A stretch of DNA of 64,000 nt, taken from positions 32,001-96,000 of the IMG/VR virus record IMGVR_UViG_3300035660_000002; one strand, 5' to 3'. The notes beneath the pieces were generated by a model. The model ran no database searches. It had not been told where the DNA came from and saw only the letters and a list, made by a program, of their open reading frames with translations. Origin of the DNA: a virus. Of the stretch, positions 27,689-36,535 are shown piece by piece; the stretch's first letter is position 1; the number at the start of each line of letters is the position of its first letter. The position numbers were made by a program, and so were the translations under genes.

Positions 27689-28984
27689 TCACAGCCACCC
27701 ATTCGTCTGCGCAAATTGAAGATCACACATTGTCATGAGGTTCAGATCACAGAAAATCTCCGCCTCCATGCCTGCGTAGTAGTCCCTGTTCTTCAGTACC
27801 GCCACGCGCATCCTCTTCAATAATACCTCGTCCGGCGTCTGGTTCAAGCTCAATACCACATCCGAGCTCTGCACCTTGCCGTAGCTTTCGCCCACATCCA
27901 TCACTCCTACCAGCACTTTCTTGCTTGAGTCTCGATTTGACTGCGTGGCTGTGATTATGGGCACACCTCGCGTCAAAGGTATCTCACGCAAATCGTCCAC
28001 AATCAGACGCCAGTATGAAAAACCCTCCTTCTGCCTAATGCTCTTGGTCCTACTAGTCATAAGATCCAAATGATCTATCAGTATCACCTGCGGGATGAAT
28101 CCCCCTCGCATCTCCAGCTTCATCAGCTCCATCTTCAGATCTTCTGCACTGAAGCTGTTCGCCGGGAAGTACACGATCTTGCCACTGGCCCCTGGTATCC
28201 CGAAGAACCTATTGAGCCATGTCATCATCGTATCTTCGTTGCCATCTCTCAGAAAATCTTTGTCCTTGTACAGCACTCTCCTGTACAGACGCCTGAGGAT
28301 GTCCACCACTCCCATTTCAAGAGTCACATACAGCACGCTGATCCCCTGCACCATGAACCCATGCATTAGATTGACAAAGAATGCGCTCTTGCCACGCCCG
28401 CTTGGCGCTATGATGCACCACAGCTCTCTCATGCCAGGGCCGCCGTATGTCATCCGGTCCAGCCCCTTTATCATCGTGGGAATACGCTCTGTATCCCTGT
28501 ATTTGATGAGAGGAATGTTCTTCTGGACGTTCCCTGTGTCTACCTCGATCCTGCGCTCTCTGTTGCCCTCTTGGTTGCTGAATAGCAGCTTTTGCAGAGA
28601 CTCTGTTATCTCCTTAGACGACCTCGCATCGAATGTATCCGCTATGCGCACGATCTCATGCTTGATCCTCTGCTTGTTCGCTTGTTCTCGCAACTCTGTC
28701 AACAGCACCTTGTCGTCTATGTTCAATGCGCTATCTACTTTGTACGCCTCGTTTATGTAGCTCTTGTAGTCTGCTATGAACTTCTGCTCGCTATCCGGCA
28801 ACTCCCCGAGGAAAAGCAGCATCTCCTCCCGAGTCGGCATCCTCTCATACTTCTTGAAAAATTCATCCAAGAGCCCCAGCATATTACTTTCTATATTACT
28901 GAGGTCTACCTCTCGAAGCAAATCTCTTGAGTCTATGTAAAATCCCTTAGACCCAACGATTTTTGAAAATACTTTTGCTATCAT
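27689..28984 (-). CDS. DnaB/gp41-like replicative helicase
   Basis: APSGRGKS, YVTLEM, ILIDHLD, TATQSNR, ESYGKVQSSD, KNR. Confidence 0.9.
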   Translation of the reverse strand: MIAKVFSKIVGSKGFYIDSRDLLREVDLSNIESNMLGLLDEFFKKYERMPTREEMLLFLGELPDSEQKFIADYKSYINEAYKVDSALNIDDKVLLTELREQANKQRIKHEIVRIADTFDARSSKEITESLQKLLFSNQEGNRERRIEVDTGNVQKNIPLIKYRDTERIPTMIKGLDRMTYGGPGMRELWCIIAPSGRGKSAFFVNLMHGFMVQGISVLYVTLEMGVVDILRRLYRRVLYKDKDFLRDGNEDTMMTWLNRFFGIPGASGKIVYFPANSFSAEDLKMELMKLEMRGGFIPQVILIDHLDLMTSRTKSIRQKEGFSYWRLIVDDLREIPLTRGVPIITATQSNRDSSKKVLVGVMDVGESYGKVQSSDVVLSLNQTPDEVLLKRMRVAVLKNRDYYAGMEAEIFCDLNLMTMCDLQFAQTNGWL

Positions 28985-29625
28985 TTTTTCCTGAAATCTT
29001 TTTCGGGGAACTGAATAAACATACTCGATCCCTCGACCCTGGACAAAACGTATTCTCCGAACACCGTCTTTATCATTCTCCGAAGTGTGGCCTTATCATA
29101 GTTCGACGTGCATATCAAATGCTTGCAGTTCTCCCAGCGGTCCAATAGGACATCCCTAAATATTTGCCCTTCCATTTTCTCCGGGTTAATGACGCGCTCC
29201 CCACGTGATATGTCATCCAAAAATAAGTACTTCACGGGCAGGTACTGCGCCAGCCCCATCCGAGTTGAATGCGTCTCTGAGAATCCTGCTATGATCTCTG
29301 ACACCATCAAACTGAACGGCATGTACAACGAGTGCTGCGCCCCGATCACACCTCCGTCCGCAAGCACCTTTGATCGGAAGCATCCTACCATGTAGTGAGT
29401 CTTACCAGATCCCGGTGTGCCCAACAGAAACACAAACCTCTTTTCCAGCTTGTCCCCTATTATCTGATCGGCTATCTCGGTGAGCTGCTTATATAGTTCC
29501 GGCGTGTATCGGTTCTCGAACGTAGATAACAGACTTTGGTGGTGGTCGGGCTGGATGCCCACGATGAGTTTCAAGCCCTCTCTGTCCATTATATCCCTAT
29601 CACATTCTTCAGCAGCTTTACCCAA
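28981..29625 (-). CDS. DnaC/IstB-like AAA+ helicase loader
   Basis: LLGTPGSGKTH, LFLDDI, ICTSNY, SRV. Confidence 0.8.
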   Translation of the reverse strand: MGKAAEECDRDIMDREGLKLIVGIQPDHHQSLLSTFENRYTPELYKQLTEIADQIIGDKLEKRFVFLLGTPGSGKTHYMVGCFRSKVLADGGVIGAQHSLYMPFSLMVSEIIAGFSETHSTRMGLAQYLPVKYLFLDDISRGERVINPEKMEGQIFRDVLLDRWENCKHLICTSNYDKATLRRMIKTVFGEYVLSRVEGSSMFIQFPEKDFRKK

Positions 29626-29900
29626 GTCGTCCTATTGCCACACCTGTCAGGATGACCATGTATTGCCAAGAACTTATCCCGGAACGGATGCCGCCTTCCA
29701 TCCTTCGGAGGAAACCATATATCCCATACAGGTATGCGCACCGCCTCCGTGCCGCCACATATGCAACATTCACAGACCACCTTCCCTCCCATGAACATCG
29801 CTATCCAATCAGGCCGGGGGTACCAGTACACGATCCATGGGTACCCTGTCTCATACATCTCAAGCATTTGATGACACCTTAGGCACCTTTCTCCGTTCAA
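29589..29900 (-). CDS. hypothetical protein
   Basis: Cys/Trp-rich ORF. Confidence 0.5.
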   Translation of the reverse strand: MNGERCLRCHQMLEMYETGYPWIVYWYPRPDWIAMFMGGKVVCECCICGGTEAVRIPVWDIWFPPKDGRRHPFRDKFLAIHGHPDRCGNRTTWVKLLKNVIGI

Positions 29901-30612
29901 TCTCTTCTCTCACAAACCTATGCCCCCAATTCCCCTTCAGGGACTCTGCCTGCAATTCCGTGTCACTCAGTGATGCCATCTCACCTATGTACAGCTCCCT
30001 GAAAGAGCTCTTATCGGAGAAAGCGCCTCCATGCCCATAAAAGTATGTATCCGCGTACCACTTGTTGATTTCGCCTCGCTGCGCAGCCCGGACATAATCC
30101 GACATCTTCATTCGGACCTGGCCCTGCTGCTCGTCCCCACGTGAATCCGATATCTGAAGAGGCAGGAACATAAAGAACTCCTGCCAGTCCTTGACCAATG
30201 GGTAGTCCTCTTTGTTCAGAACTTTCAAAAGCCTCACTGCGTCAAAATACCACGGGCATGGGTCAAAGGTAATGTAGGGCAGACTGACCTCTGGGTTCTC
30301 CCTCTTGTACCTCATGATGCCCCGATTCATGTTGTTATACGCGTCTATGGCGAACATGGCCTCGACCATCTGCTTGCCGTCCATGTCGTTAAAGCGCCCC
30401 ATCTGAATCTCTATGTACCCAAGCACTTCGCCCATGTCGCAACTAAGCTTTTTAGCCTTCTCCGCGTACACCCCGTACACGAGCACGGCCGCGCACGACA
30501 AAAAGTCATTCATCTCATCGTATGTGGCTCTCAGCCTTTCCTGCGCTGCCGGGGTCATCCTCTCGATACGGCTGTCGTACCTATGGTACAAGCACCCTTT
30601 AAGATTCAGCAT
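29860..30612 (-). CDS. hypothetical protein (upstream of the helicase loader)
   Basis: 250-aa ORF with no recognised motif. Confidence 0.65.
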   Translation of the reverse strand: MLNLKGCLYHRYDSRIERMTPAAQERLRATYDEMNDFLSCAAVLVYGVYAEKAKKLSCDMGEVLGYIEIQMGRFNDMDGKQMVEAMFAIDAYNNMNRGIMRYKRENPEVSLPYITFDPCPWYFDAVRLLKVLNKEDYPLVKDWQEFFMFLPLQISDSRGDEQQGQVRMKMSDYVRAAQRGEINKWYADTYFYGHGGAFSDKSSFRELYIGEMASLSDTELQAESLKGNWGHRFVREEIERRKVPKVSSNA

Positions 30613-30865
30613 CGACCTTTACCGTCTTTTCCCTTTTAGCTCTCCCCAGCAGCACCGCCTCCCCGAAGCACCCTATCAAAGACTCTATCATCTCCGGACT
30701 GCTCTTTATAAACTTGAACTCTTCGTCTTGATGAAGAGTCTTTAACGTAATACTACCGTTACTGCCTATACTGCAAAGTACTTTCACCAGTTTATGATTC
30801 ACACCCTTGGTATCCGCGATGATTTCATATGTCTGTGTGTCCTCTACCATTTTAGCTATCGCCAT
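30599..30865 (-). CDS. hypothetical protein
   Basis: GGAGTG RBS. Confidence 0.55.
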   Translation of the reverse strand: MAIAKMVEDTQTYEIIADTKGVNHKLVKVLCSIGSNGSITLKTLHQDEEFKFIKSSPEMIESLIGCFGEAVLLGRAKREKTVKVDAES

Positions 30866-30866
30866 A

Positions 30867-31283
30867 TCACTCCTCCATGCTCATGACTTTGAGCTTTATG
30901 CCGTTCTGTGCGATCTTTGTCCAGAACTCGTCCAGGGTCATGCCCGCAAGCTCGTTCCAGCTAAACTCTTTCCCGCCCTTGACCAGTATGTGCGCCTGCA
31001 GAGACTTGTAGAATATGTTCGCCTCTGCCATCGCCGTCACCACGTTGGCCGGGGCCTGAGACTCCTCCCCAGGTATCCTTTCTACAAGCTGCGCCGGGAA
31101 CTTGCCCTTGATCCTTTCATTGAAAAACGAACCGGCCGACTCCGCTTTGAGCAGTTCTTCGTAGATGCTTCTGGGCACTTCGAGGTATCTGTATACTTTG
31201 TCTGATACAAACTTGATAAACATCTCCTGCTTCTCTTCCTGATGTACCGCCTCTTTGATCACACTTGATACGATATGAGCCAT
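30867..31283 (-). CDS. KTSC-domain protein
   Basis: MFIKFVSDKVYRYLEVPRSIYEELLKAESAGSFFNERIK. Confidence 0.85.
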   Translation of the reverse strand: MAHIVSSVIKEAVHQEEKQEMFIKFVSDKVYRYLEVPRSIYEELLKAESAGSFFNERIKGKFPAQLVERIPGEESQAPANVVTAMAEANIFYKSLQAHILVKGGKEFSWNELAGMTLDEFWTKIAQNGIKLKVMSMEE

Positions 31284-31323
31284 GTGTGTTTATCCCTTCT
31301 ATCAATACAGATAACGATTCGGT

Positions 31324-31431
31324 CTATTCGTCCACTTTTTTCCAAGGCTTGATCCACAATATCATCAGTGCTGTTGCTATGATCAGCATGATTGTCTTGT
31401 GGATGTCTTTTATCTTCTGTACTATCCTCAC
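31324..31431 (-). CDS. 35-aa single-TM peptide (putative)
   Basis: GGAGGG RBS, GTG start, MRIVQKIKDIHKTIMLIIATALMILWIKPWKKVDE. Confidence 0.4.
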   Translation of the reverse strand: MRIVQKIKDIHKTIMLIIATALMILWIKPWKKVDE

Positions 31432-31674
31432 AGGTATTTCCCTCCGTAAAAACTACCGAGACACTCATCCCCAGCCGAAGCACTATCTCTGTGAACTACT
31501 CCCTCTCTTTGTCTCTCTTCAGAGAGAGAAGTATCAGATACATTTACAGAGACTATGATATTTACATTATCAATGTAAGTATTCATTATAAAGTATACAT
31601 GTTGCTATGCAACAGCGACACCGACTTCTTCATAGGTATTGACTTCCAATTGGAGTTGGTTATCTCATTAAACT

Positions 31675-32181
31675 TCATCGAACTTTCGAGGTATTAAAGT
31701 CTATCTGGACTCGCATATCCCCCAAGTTGTTGGGTTGATTGCCTGTAGCTTTCATTATAGTTTGAAAGTACATCGTCCAGTATCCTCTGTTGTAATTAAC
31801 CGATGTATTGCATCCCGAACATAGTGTTATGAGGTTACGCTCTCGGTCATTTCTCTTGTCATAGTCGATGTGATGCACCGTTGTACTTCTCAACGCTCCA
31901 CACCTTTGGCAGCGATAACCGTCTCTATTTCTGATCTTATCTCGTATGTTGCCTGGCTGCGTGCTCTTGAAATATCCTGTATGGTAGTATGGAGTCGGCA
32001 GTTGGTAATTGGGGTCTTTTTTCCTCCGTTTACGAAGATGTTTCTTTTCAAATCTTAACTGCAATGCCTTTTCGACTGCCGCTTTATACTTGATATGACA
32101 AGACCGGCACCGCTTGCTTCTGGCAGGTATAGCAGTGCCGCAGCCAAAACATTTTCCTTCTTTCTTGTCATATAATCCCAT
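31675..32181 (-). CDS. HNH homing endonuclease
   Basis: IRNRDGYRCQRCG...TVHHIDYDK...NLITLCSGCN. Confidence 0.85.
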   Translation of the reverse strand: MGLYDKKEGKCFGCGTAIPARSKRCRSCHIKYKAAVEKALQLRFEKKHLRKRRKKDPNYQLPTPYYHTGYFKSTQPGNIRDKIRNRDGYRCQRCGALRSTTVHHIDYDKRNDRERNLITLCSGCNTSVNYNRGYWTMYFQTIMKATGNQPNNLGDMRVQIDFNTSKVR

Positions 32182-32182
32182 T

Positions 32183-32857
32183 TCATACTCCTACAAGTTT
32201 TGTCGATCGTGCGTATTCGACTTCCCGAAGAAAGCCATCCACACCTGCTCGTATCTTACCCTCGGTTCCCTGCATGTACCTGTCTGTCATGGCTGCCCGG
32301 ACTTGTTCGCATACCCGTCGCAGCTGCGTCACCTTATTAAAAAATCCTCCATGCGACATGTCTTTCTTGAAATATACCTTGTGGATGCTGGCCCAAGACA
32401 TGTCCCCATGTTTGATCTTGGCCTCGAACATCTTCATGACCGTCCTGTCGGTTCTTCGCAGGATGTCCCACACTTCCTGCACGAACATCTTGGTGTGCAG
32501 TTCCTTTCGTGTGAACGTCACGAGATTGCTGTGATATACTCCGGCCATGTCCGCCATGCTCTCTACATGCTCCGTGTCTTTTTTCCATGCGCGGATCAGT
32601 TTGAATCTGAGAGCCTGTATCAACATGCTGGATTCGTTCCGGGGCTTTATCTTGGCGGGATCTTTTGGTACGTGGCGCCTGTGTTCGTACTCAGCCTTGT
32701 GAGTGCTGTAGTCGTACTCGAGCATCATGCATTCCTGCAGTGCGTCCTCTACCGGGTGTTTGAAATGTCTCGCTATACTGCAAATCTTTGTTCGTATCTT
32801 GTACGTGATCGGGAAACTCTCTTCTTCGACTCTGACACCTTCTATGATTGCTACCAT
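32183..32857 (-). CDS. Putative sigma-factor-like transcription protein
   Basis: Region-2-like VEDALQECMM and a C-terminal HTH-like segment; 224 aa; weak similarity only. Confidence 0.35.
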   Translation of the reverse strand: MVAIIEGVRVEEESFPITYKIRTKICSIARHFKHPVEDALQECMMLEYDYSTHKAEYEHRRHVPKDPAKIKPRNESSMLIQALRFKLIRAWKKDTEHVESMADMAGVYHSNLVTFTRKELHTKMFVQEVWDILRRTDRTVMKMFEAKIKHGDMSWASIHKVYFKKDMSHGGFFNKVTQLRRVCEQVRAAMTDRYMQGTEGKIRAGVDGFLREVEYARSTKLVGV

Positions 32858-32982
32858 GCTGCCCTCCGGTTTGTTTATCGTTTCCGCTTCTGCTCTTGAT
32901 CTACGGTGCCGGATTTCCCGGCGGATTCATAAAGCACCTCCTATGTTGTGATGGTATGTCCCACCAAAATTGTGCAGTGAAG

Positions 32983-33095
32983 AAAAAATGTCCCCAACGT
33001 GGCCTGTGAGAGCAGTAAAGCCCGCTATCCTCGGTAAGGACTGTGGGCTTTCGCGTTGGGGCAAATTGAATTCGATTGTATGTTTTCTCACAGGG
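32983..33095 (-). ncRNA. Structured leader with crossing helices (attenuator/riboswitch-like)
   Basis: Helices CCTGTGAGA/TCTCACAGG, CCCCAACG/CGTTGGGG and AAAGCCC/GGGCTTT, followed by a U6 tract. Confidence 0.45.
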
Positions 33096-33155
33096 CTTGC
33101 TCATGCTATATCTTTCTTTCGTACATTTTTTACCTGTATGCCTTTGTGTGGTTAA

Positions 33156-33184
33156 ACCTTATCACAGGAACTGACTTTTGTCAA
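33156..33184 (-). promoter_or_regulatory. sigma70-type promoter (extended -10)
   Basis: TTGACA-N17-TAAGGT with TGn; a TGAC-AAAA-GTCA inverted repeat overlaps the -35. Confidence 0.6.
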
Positions 33185-33190
33185 GGGGTT

Positions 33191-33997
33191 CTACCCATTT
33201 ATAACCTCAAGCAACTCCCCGCCCAATCCCTCGACGTGCTGCCGCAGCGCATGCTCGTCCCGGCATGTCTTTTGCCCTCGGAATTCCTGCCCGTCTACTT
33301 TCCATCGGTACGTGAATACAGAATCGGCACTGCGGTACTCCACCTGTGGTGCTGCGACTGGTTCAAATCCGGGACTCCCTGGGTATGGTCGATACCCATG
33401 TCTTACCGGATGTGACTTAACATCGATGTAGTCATCTCTTTCAATCTTGCCGTCGTTCACGAGCCTGCCTGCGAACCATCCTATAGCCCCTAGGATTGCG
33501 GCGCTGGTCACTTTTGCTGACAGCGATCGCATTATGTATTCGCCGTCTCTTTCATCATCTCTTTGCTTGGTGCTTCCTGACATCATGGCCAGTATGGCAA
33601 ATATGACCAGCACTGCTGTCAGCGTAGTCCTGCTGATCCATATACAGAAGGCATCCGCCGGGCTGCTTGCGTTACTCATGAACGCTATGACCCCGTGGTA
33701 TATGATCATCAGAGGCAGCACCACGTACAACCAGTGGAACCCTCCTATCTCTGCTTTAGGGGCGCGATGCAGTACCTGATGAATGTTATTATATGAATCG
33801 TAGTAGAAACTGTAGTGGTCACTTGGTGGCGCCTTATACACCGCAGCAATGGCTACTATGACCGCTATGGTCAGTATCGCGCTGCCCGCTACATCCCACA
33901 TATTGCAGTAGAATCTTGCCTTGCCGTAAAACGATCTGCAGCACGCTATGATGCAGATGATTGCCAACACTATTCCTATAATCCATCCTATCGCCAT
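33191..33997 (-). CDS. Multi-pass membrane protein
   Basis: About five hydrophobic segments plus a soluble C-terminus. Confidence 0.6.
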   Translation of the reverse strand: MAIGWIIGIVLAIICIIACCRSFYGKARFYCNMWDVAGSAILTIAVIVAIAAVYKAPPSDHYSFYYDSYNNIHQVLHRAPKAEIGGFHWLYVVLPLMIIYHGVIAFMSNASSPADAFCIWISRTTLTAVLVIFAILAMMSGSTKQRDDERDGEYIMRSLSAKVTSAAILGAIGWFAGRLVNDGKIERDDYIDVKSHPVRHGYRPYPGSPGFEPVAAPQVEYRSADSVFTYRWKVDGQEFRGQKTCRDEHALRQHVEGLGGELLEVING

Positions 33998-33998
33998 G

Positions 33999-34484
33999 TT
34001 ACCCTCCTCTTCCGTTTGTATTTCTCATCATTGCAACACTAAGATTTTTTCTGTGCGTGTCGCTAAAAATTCTCTTGCCTTGCATAGTATAGTCACATTC
34101 ATATCCTCTTTGCTTAACCGTCCGTATGTACACATTACACTTAGTACATAGCCCGTCACCAGCATGCTTACGCGTAGTATCTCCGCACCGTATACAACTC
34201 TCATAGTTACGAGACCATCGTCCTATAAGCACATGATCTTGTCTATGTGTACTATTTGTATGCAATTTCAAGTTGTCTGGTCTATTATCATTCTTTACTT
34301 CATTTATATGATGCACAACTTCCCAAGACTCAAGTTTTCTTCCAAGTTGCTTCTCCATCACTAGACGATGTTCTAAAACATATACTCCGTTTATTCTAAT
34401 CTGAATGTATCCGTCTTTTGTTAAAATTCTTCCCCCCTTCCAGTGCCCGTTAACCTCCCCCCATCTTGCTTTATTTACGTTCAT
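33999..34484 (-). CDS. HNH_3-type endonuclease
   Basis: DGYIQI...EHRLVME...VVHHINEVKNDNRPDNL. Confidence 0.85.
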   Translation of the reverse strand: MNVNKARWGEVNGHWKGGRILTKDGYIQIRINGVYVLEHRLVMEKQLGRKLESWEVVHHINEVKNDNRPDNLKLHTNSTHRQDHVLIGRWSRNYESCIRCGDTTRKHAGDGLCTKCNVYIRTVKQRGYECDYTMQGKRIFSDTHRKNLSVAMMRNTNGRGG

Positions 34485-34509
34485 ACTGCCTCCTTTATAG
34501 ACAGTATTT

Positions 34510-34538
34510 ATTGTATTATACCCTATACACAAAGTCAA
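34510..34538 (-). promoter_or_regulatory. sigma70-type promoter driving the HNH_3 gene
   Basis: TTGACT-N17-TACAAT, then an AAAGGAGG RBS. Confidence 0.7.
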
Positions 34539-35107
34539 CTCTTAAAATGCTCTTTGCACTTTTTGTACTTAATTTTTATTCCTTTATCCGCACACCAAGG
34601 ACAAGGCGCATTGCGTCCTGTTTCCTTGGGCTTTTCCTGCTCTGGTGCCCTTTTATCTGTTATTATGACACCCATTCCATGATCAACTTCATGGGCCATG
34701 ACCACGGCCTCAAATCCATAGAAAACGGCCTTCTGCTGTATCTTCAGGTCGTAGTCCATCCATTCTGCCGTCACCACTCTGTACCTAATTGTATCCACAA
34801 AAGTATCCGGCAGGCTTAGGCATCCTTCCTTCATCATGATCCCCGGCTCCTCGAACTTCAAAATCTTCGGATTAATCATGTTGAGATGAACTGCGTGAAT
34901 ATGCTGCTTCTCGTTCTCCGGGATCCTTATAATGCATGCGTTCAGTGCATAGCCGATCTGGCTTCCATGCAGGCCCACGCCCGGGCGCTTGCTCTCTTTT
35001 AGCGTGCTCTCGAGCTGCCCGAATATGTTAAGGCGCTCGCACTCTTCGATCGTTGTGTCCTTACTGACTTTCCGCAGTTGCAGGATGTCCTGTACTATGA
35101 ATGCCAT
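34535..35107 (-). CDS. def: Peptide deformylase with C-terminal SEC-C-like motif
   Basis: GVGLHGSQIG, EGCLS, HEVDHGMG; tail GRNAPCPWC...KYKKCKEH. Confidence 0.85.
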   Translation of the reverse strand: MAFIVQDILQLRKVSKDTTIEECERLNIFGQLESTLKESKRPGVGLHGSQIGYALNACIIRIPENEKQHIHAVHLNMINPKILKFEEPGIMMKEGCLSLPDTFVDTIRYRVVTAEWMDYDLKIQQKAVFYGFEAVVMAHEVDHGMGVIITDKRAPEQEKPKETGRNAPCPWCADKGIKIKYKKCKEHFKS

Positions 35108-35841
35108 CAGATACTTTCCTCCTCCTCTGTGTACTTCTTTGTCAGACACTCTTCGATCATCTGCATGGCCTTGTCGAATTCATACTTCTTCTCCGCCTCT
35201 TCCGGCTTATTGAGAGCGTCTGTCAGCTCACGCAGAAACATCGTGTCGATGCCCATCATCTGCTTACGCAGGTCGGCCATCGTTGTCATGCCAAGTTTCT
35301 CGATGCGTAGTCCTATCTTTAACGCCTCTACGCCGGACATCTTATATCCTCTGGCCATGAACTTCCTGGTCCTGAACAGAGCGCATATCGGATACCCCGA
35401 GTTAATATTGAACACCAATCGGCGCTGTGCGATGTGCCGCAGGAAGTCAGGATGCAAAAGCATCCCTTCCCCATGAAAATCATACGCCCCCATGCATATA
35501 GTAAAGTCGAACTTTTCCAGCACATCCCGAACCTCCCCCATCATCTCAACCATCTTAATCACCTGATACGTCCTGTCCTTGTAACGATAGGTGACCGCAC
35601 AGTCTGTTTCAGACAGCACCTTGTTCGGCTGATCCGGATGATAGTTGCACTTGCTCATGAAGAACTGCATCAGCGTGCTGCAGTTTCCCACGCTTCTCGA
35701 GTATATGTCGTAGTCCTTGATCGCGGCCCCGCTGTACACAGAGGTGATTGCGCCCCCCGCTATGAATGCCTTACACGCCCTCAGCTCCTGCTGTACTTCG
35801 GGATCTATGTTTTTTAGTAGCAGATATCGTTCTCTATCCAT
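35107..35841 (-). CDS. Nucleotidyltransferase-fold protein (CCA/poly(A)-polymerase head-like)
   Basis: FIAGGAITS...KDYDIY (GG..DxD), FDFTICM. Confidence 0.6.
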   Translation of the reverse strand: MDRERYLLLKNIDPEVQQELRACKAFIAGGAITSVYSGAAIKDYDIYSRSVGNCSTLMQFFMSKCNYHPDQPNKVLSETDCAVTYRYKDRTYQVIKMVEMMGEVRDVLEKFDFTICMGAYDFHGEGMLLHPDFLRHIAQRRLVFNINSGYPICALFRTRKFMARGYKMSGVEALKIGLRIEKLGMTTMADLRKQMMGIDTMFLRELTDALNKPEEAEKKYEFDKAMQMIEECLTKKYTEEEESI

Positions 35842-35843
35842 AT

Positions 35844-36155
35844 CTACAGCACTCCTTTCTCCACCAGTTTTGCCATAGCAAGTTTGCTTGGCTCGTTCTT
35901 GCCGTTTTCCCACCGCATTACTTCCATCATACTGACTCCAAGGATAAAAGCCAGTCCTTTCAGCGTGAGTCTGCGCTCCTCGCGGTGCTCCCTGATCTTG
36001 GCGCTGATCCTGCTCATATCTTCATCCCACACCTGGTAGTGCTTGAGCCTTTTATAGAGGTGCTGCGCCTCTTTGTAGCTTATGTGCCAGCTCTGCCTGC
36101 CAAGTATTAATATGAACCTTGTCGGGTGCTGCCTGTCTCTTTTTATGTCCAACAT
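35844..36155 (-). CDS. XRE/Cro-family HTH regulator
   Basis: IREHREERRLTLKGLAFILGVSMMEVMRWENGKNEPS. Confidence 0.85.
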   Translation of the reverse strand: MLDIKRDRQHPTRFILILGRQSWHISYKEAQHLYKRLKHYQVWDEDMSRISAKIREHREERRLTLKGLAFILGVSMMEVMRWENGKNEPSKLAMAKLVEKGVL

Positions 36156-36165
36156 ATGCGCCTTT

Positions 36166-36327
36166 CTATATCTCTGTGATTATTACGCGAAGCTTCTTCT
36201 TGAACGTTCCTTCCCTACTGCTGTTTACTAAAGGGAAGTTTATCATCTTGTCGACATTGTTGAACGTGACCGCCCACCATGTAGCGCCGTATCCTACGTA
36301 GGACTTTCTTCTCTTTTCTATCTTCAT
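36166..36327 (-). CDS. Small hypothetical protein (53 aa)
   Basis: MKIEKRRKSYVGYGATWW...; overlaps the upstream stop. Confidence 0.45.
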   Translation of the reverse strand: MKIEKRRKSYVGYGATWWAVTFNNVDKMINFPLVNSSREGTFKKKLRVIITEI

Positions 36328-36533
36328 GATATGATTCCTTCTACCTTTAAGTTTACTGCGTCCTTTGCTGTGTAATCAAAGTTATGAAGCTCTATGATAC
36401 CTGTTTCGGAATCTTTCAGCTGTATCTGAATCATGGCCTTGTGAACGTTCATGTACTCCAGTTGCCGTCCATCGAACATTCCCTTAAAGTCTTCGATCCA
36501 TTGATTCAGAGTCTTTTTCTTTTCGCTATTCAT
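36324..36533 (-). CDS. hypothetical protein
   Basis: ORF in operon. Confidence 0.5.
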   Translation of the reverse strand: MNSEKKKTLNQWIEDFKGMFDGRQLEYMNVHKAMIQIQLKDSETGIIELHNFDYTAKDAVNLKVEGIIS

Positions 36534-36535
36534 GT

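Noticed and set aside
6769-29625. Group I/II introns or inteins in the polymerase, helicases, primase or RecA
   Set aside because: These ORFs are continuous and of normal length; the HNH genes lie between genes, not within them.
31259-31483. 74-aa ORF 31259-31483 (-)
   Set aside because: No RBS, and it overlaps both the KTSC gene and a better-supported 35-aa ORF in another frame.
32983-33095. Bona fide c-di-GMP-I (GEMM) riboswitch
   Set aside because: Only the 3' half resembles the motif; the GNRA-capped 5' hairpin is absent. Kept as an unclassified leader.
13147-34080. Other 10-11-nt partial matches of predicted guide targets (e.g. about 13147, 22607, 34071)
   Set aside because: Too short; expected by chance in 64 kb.
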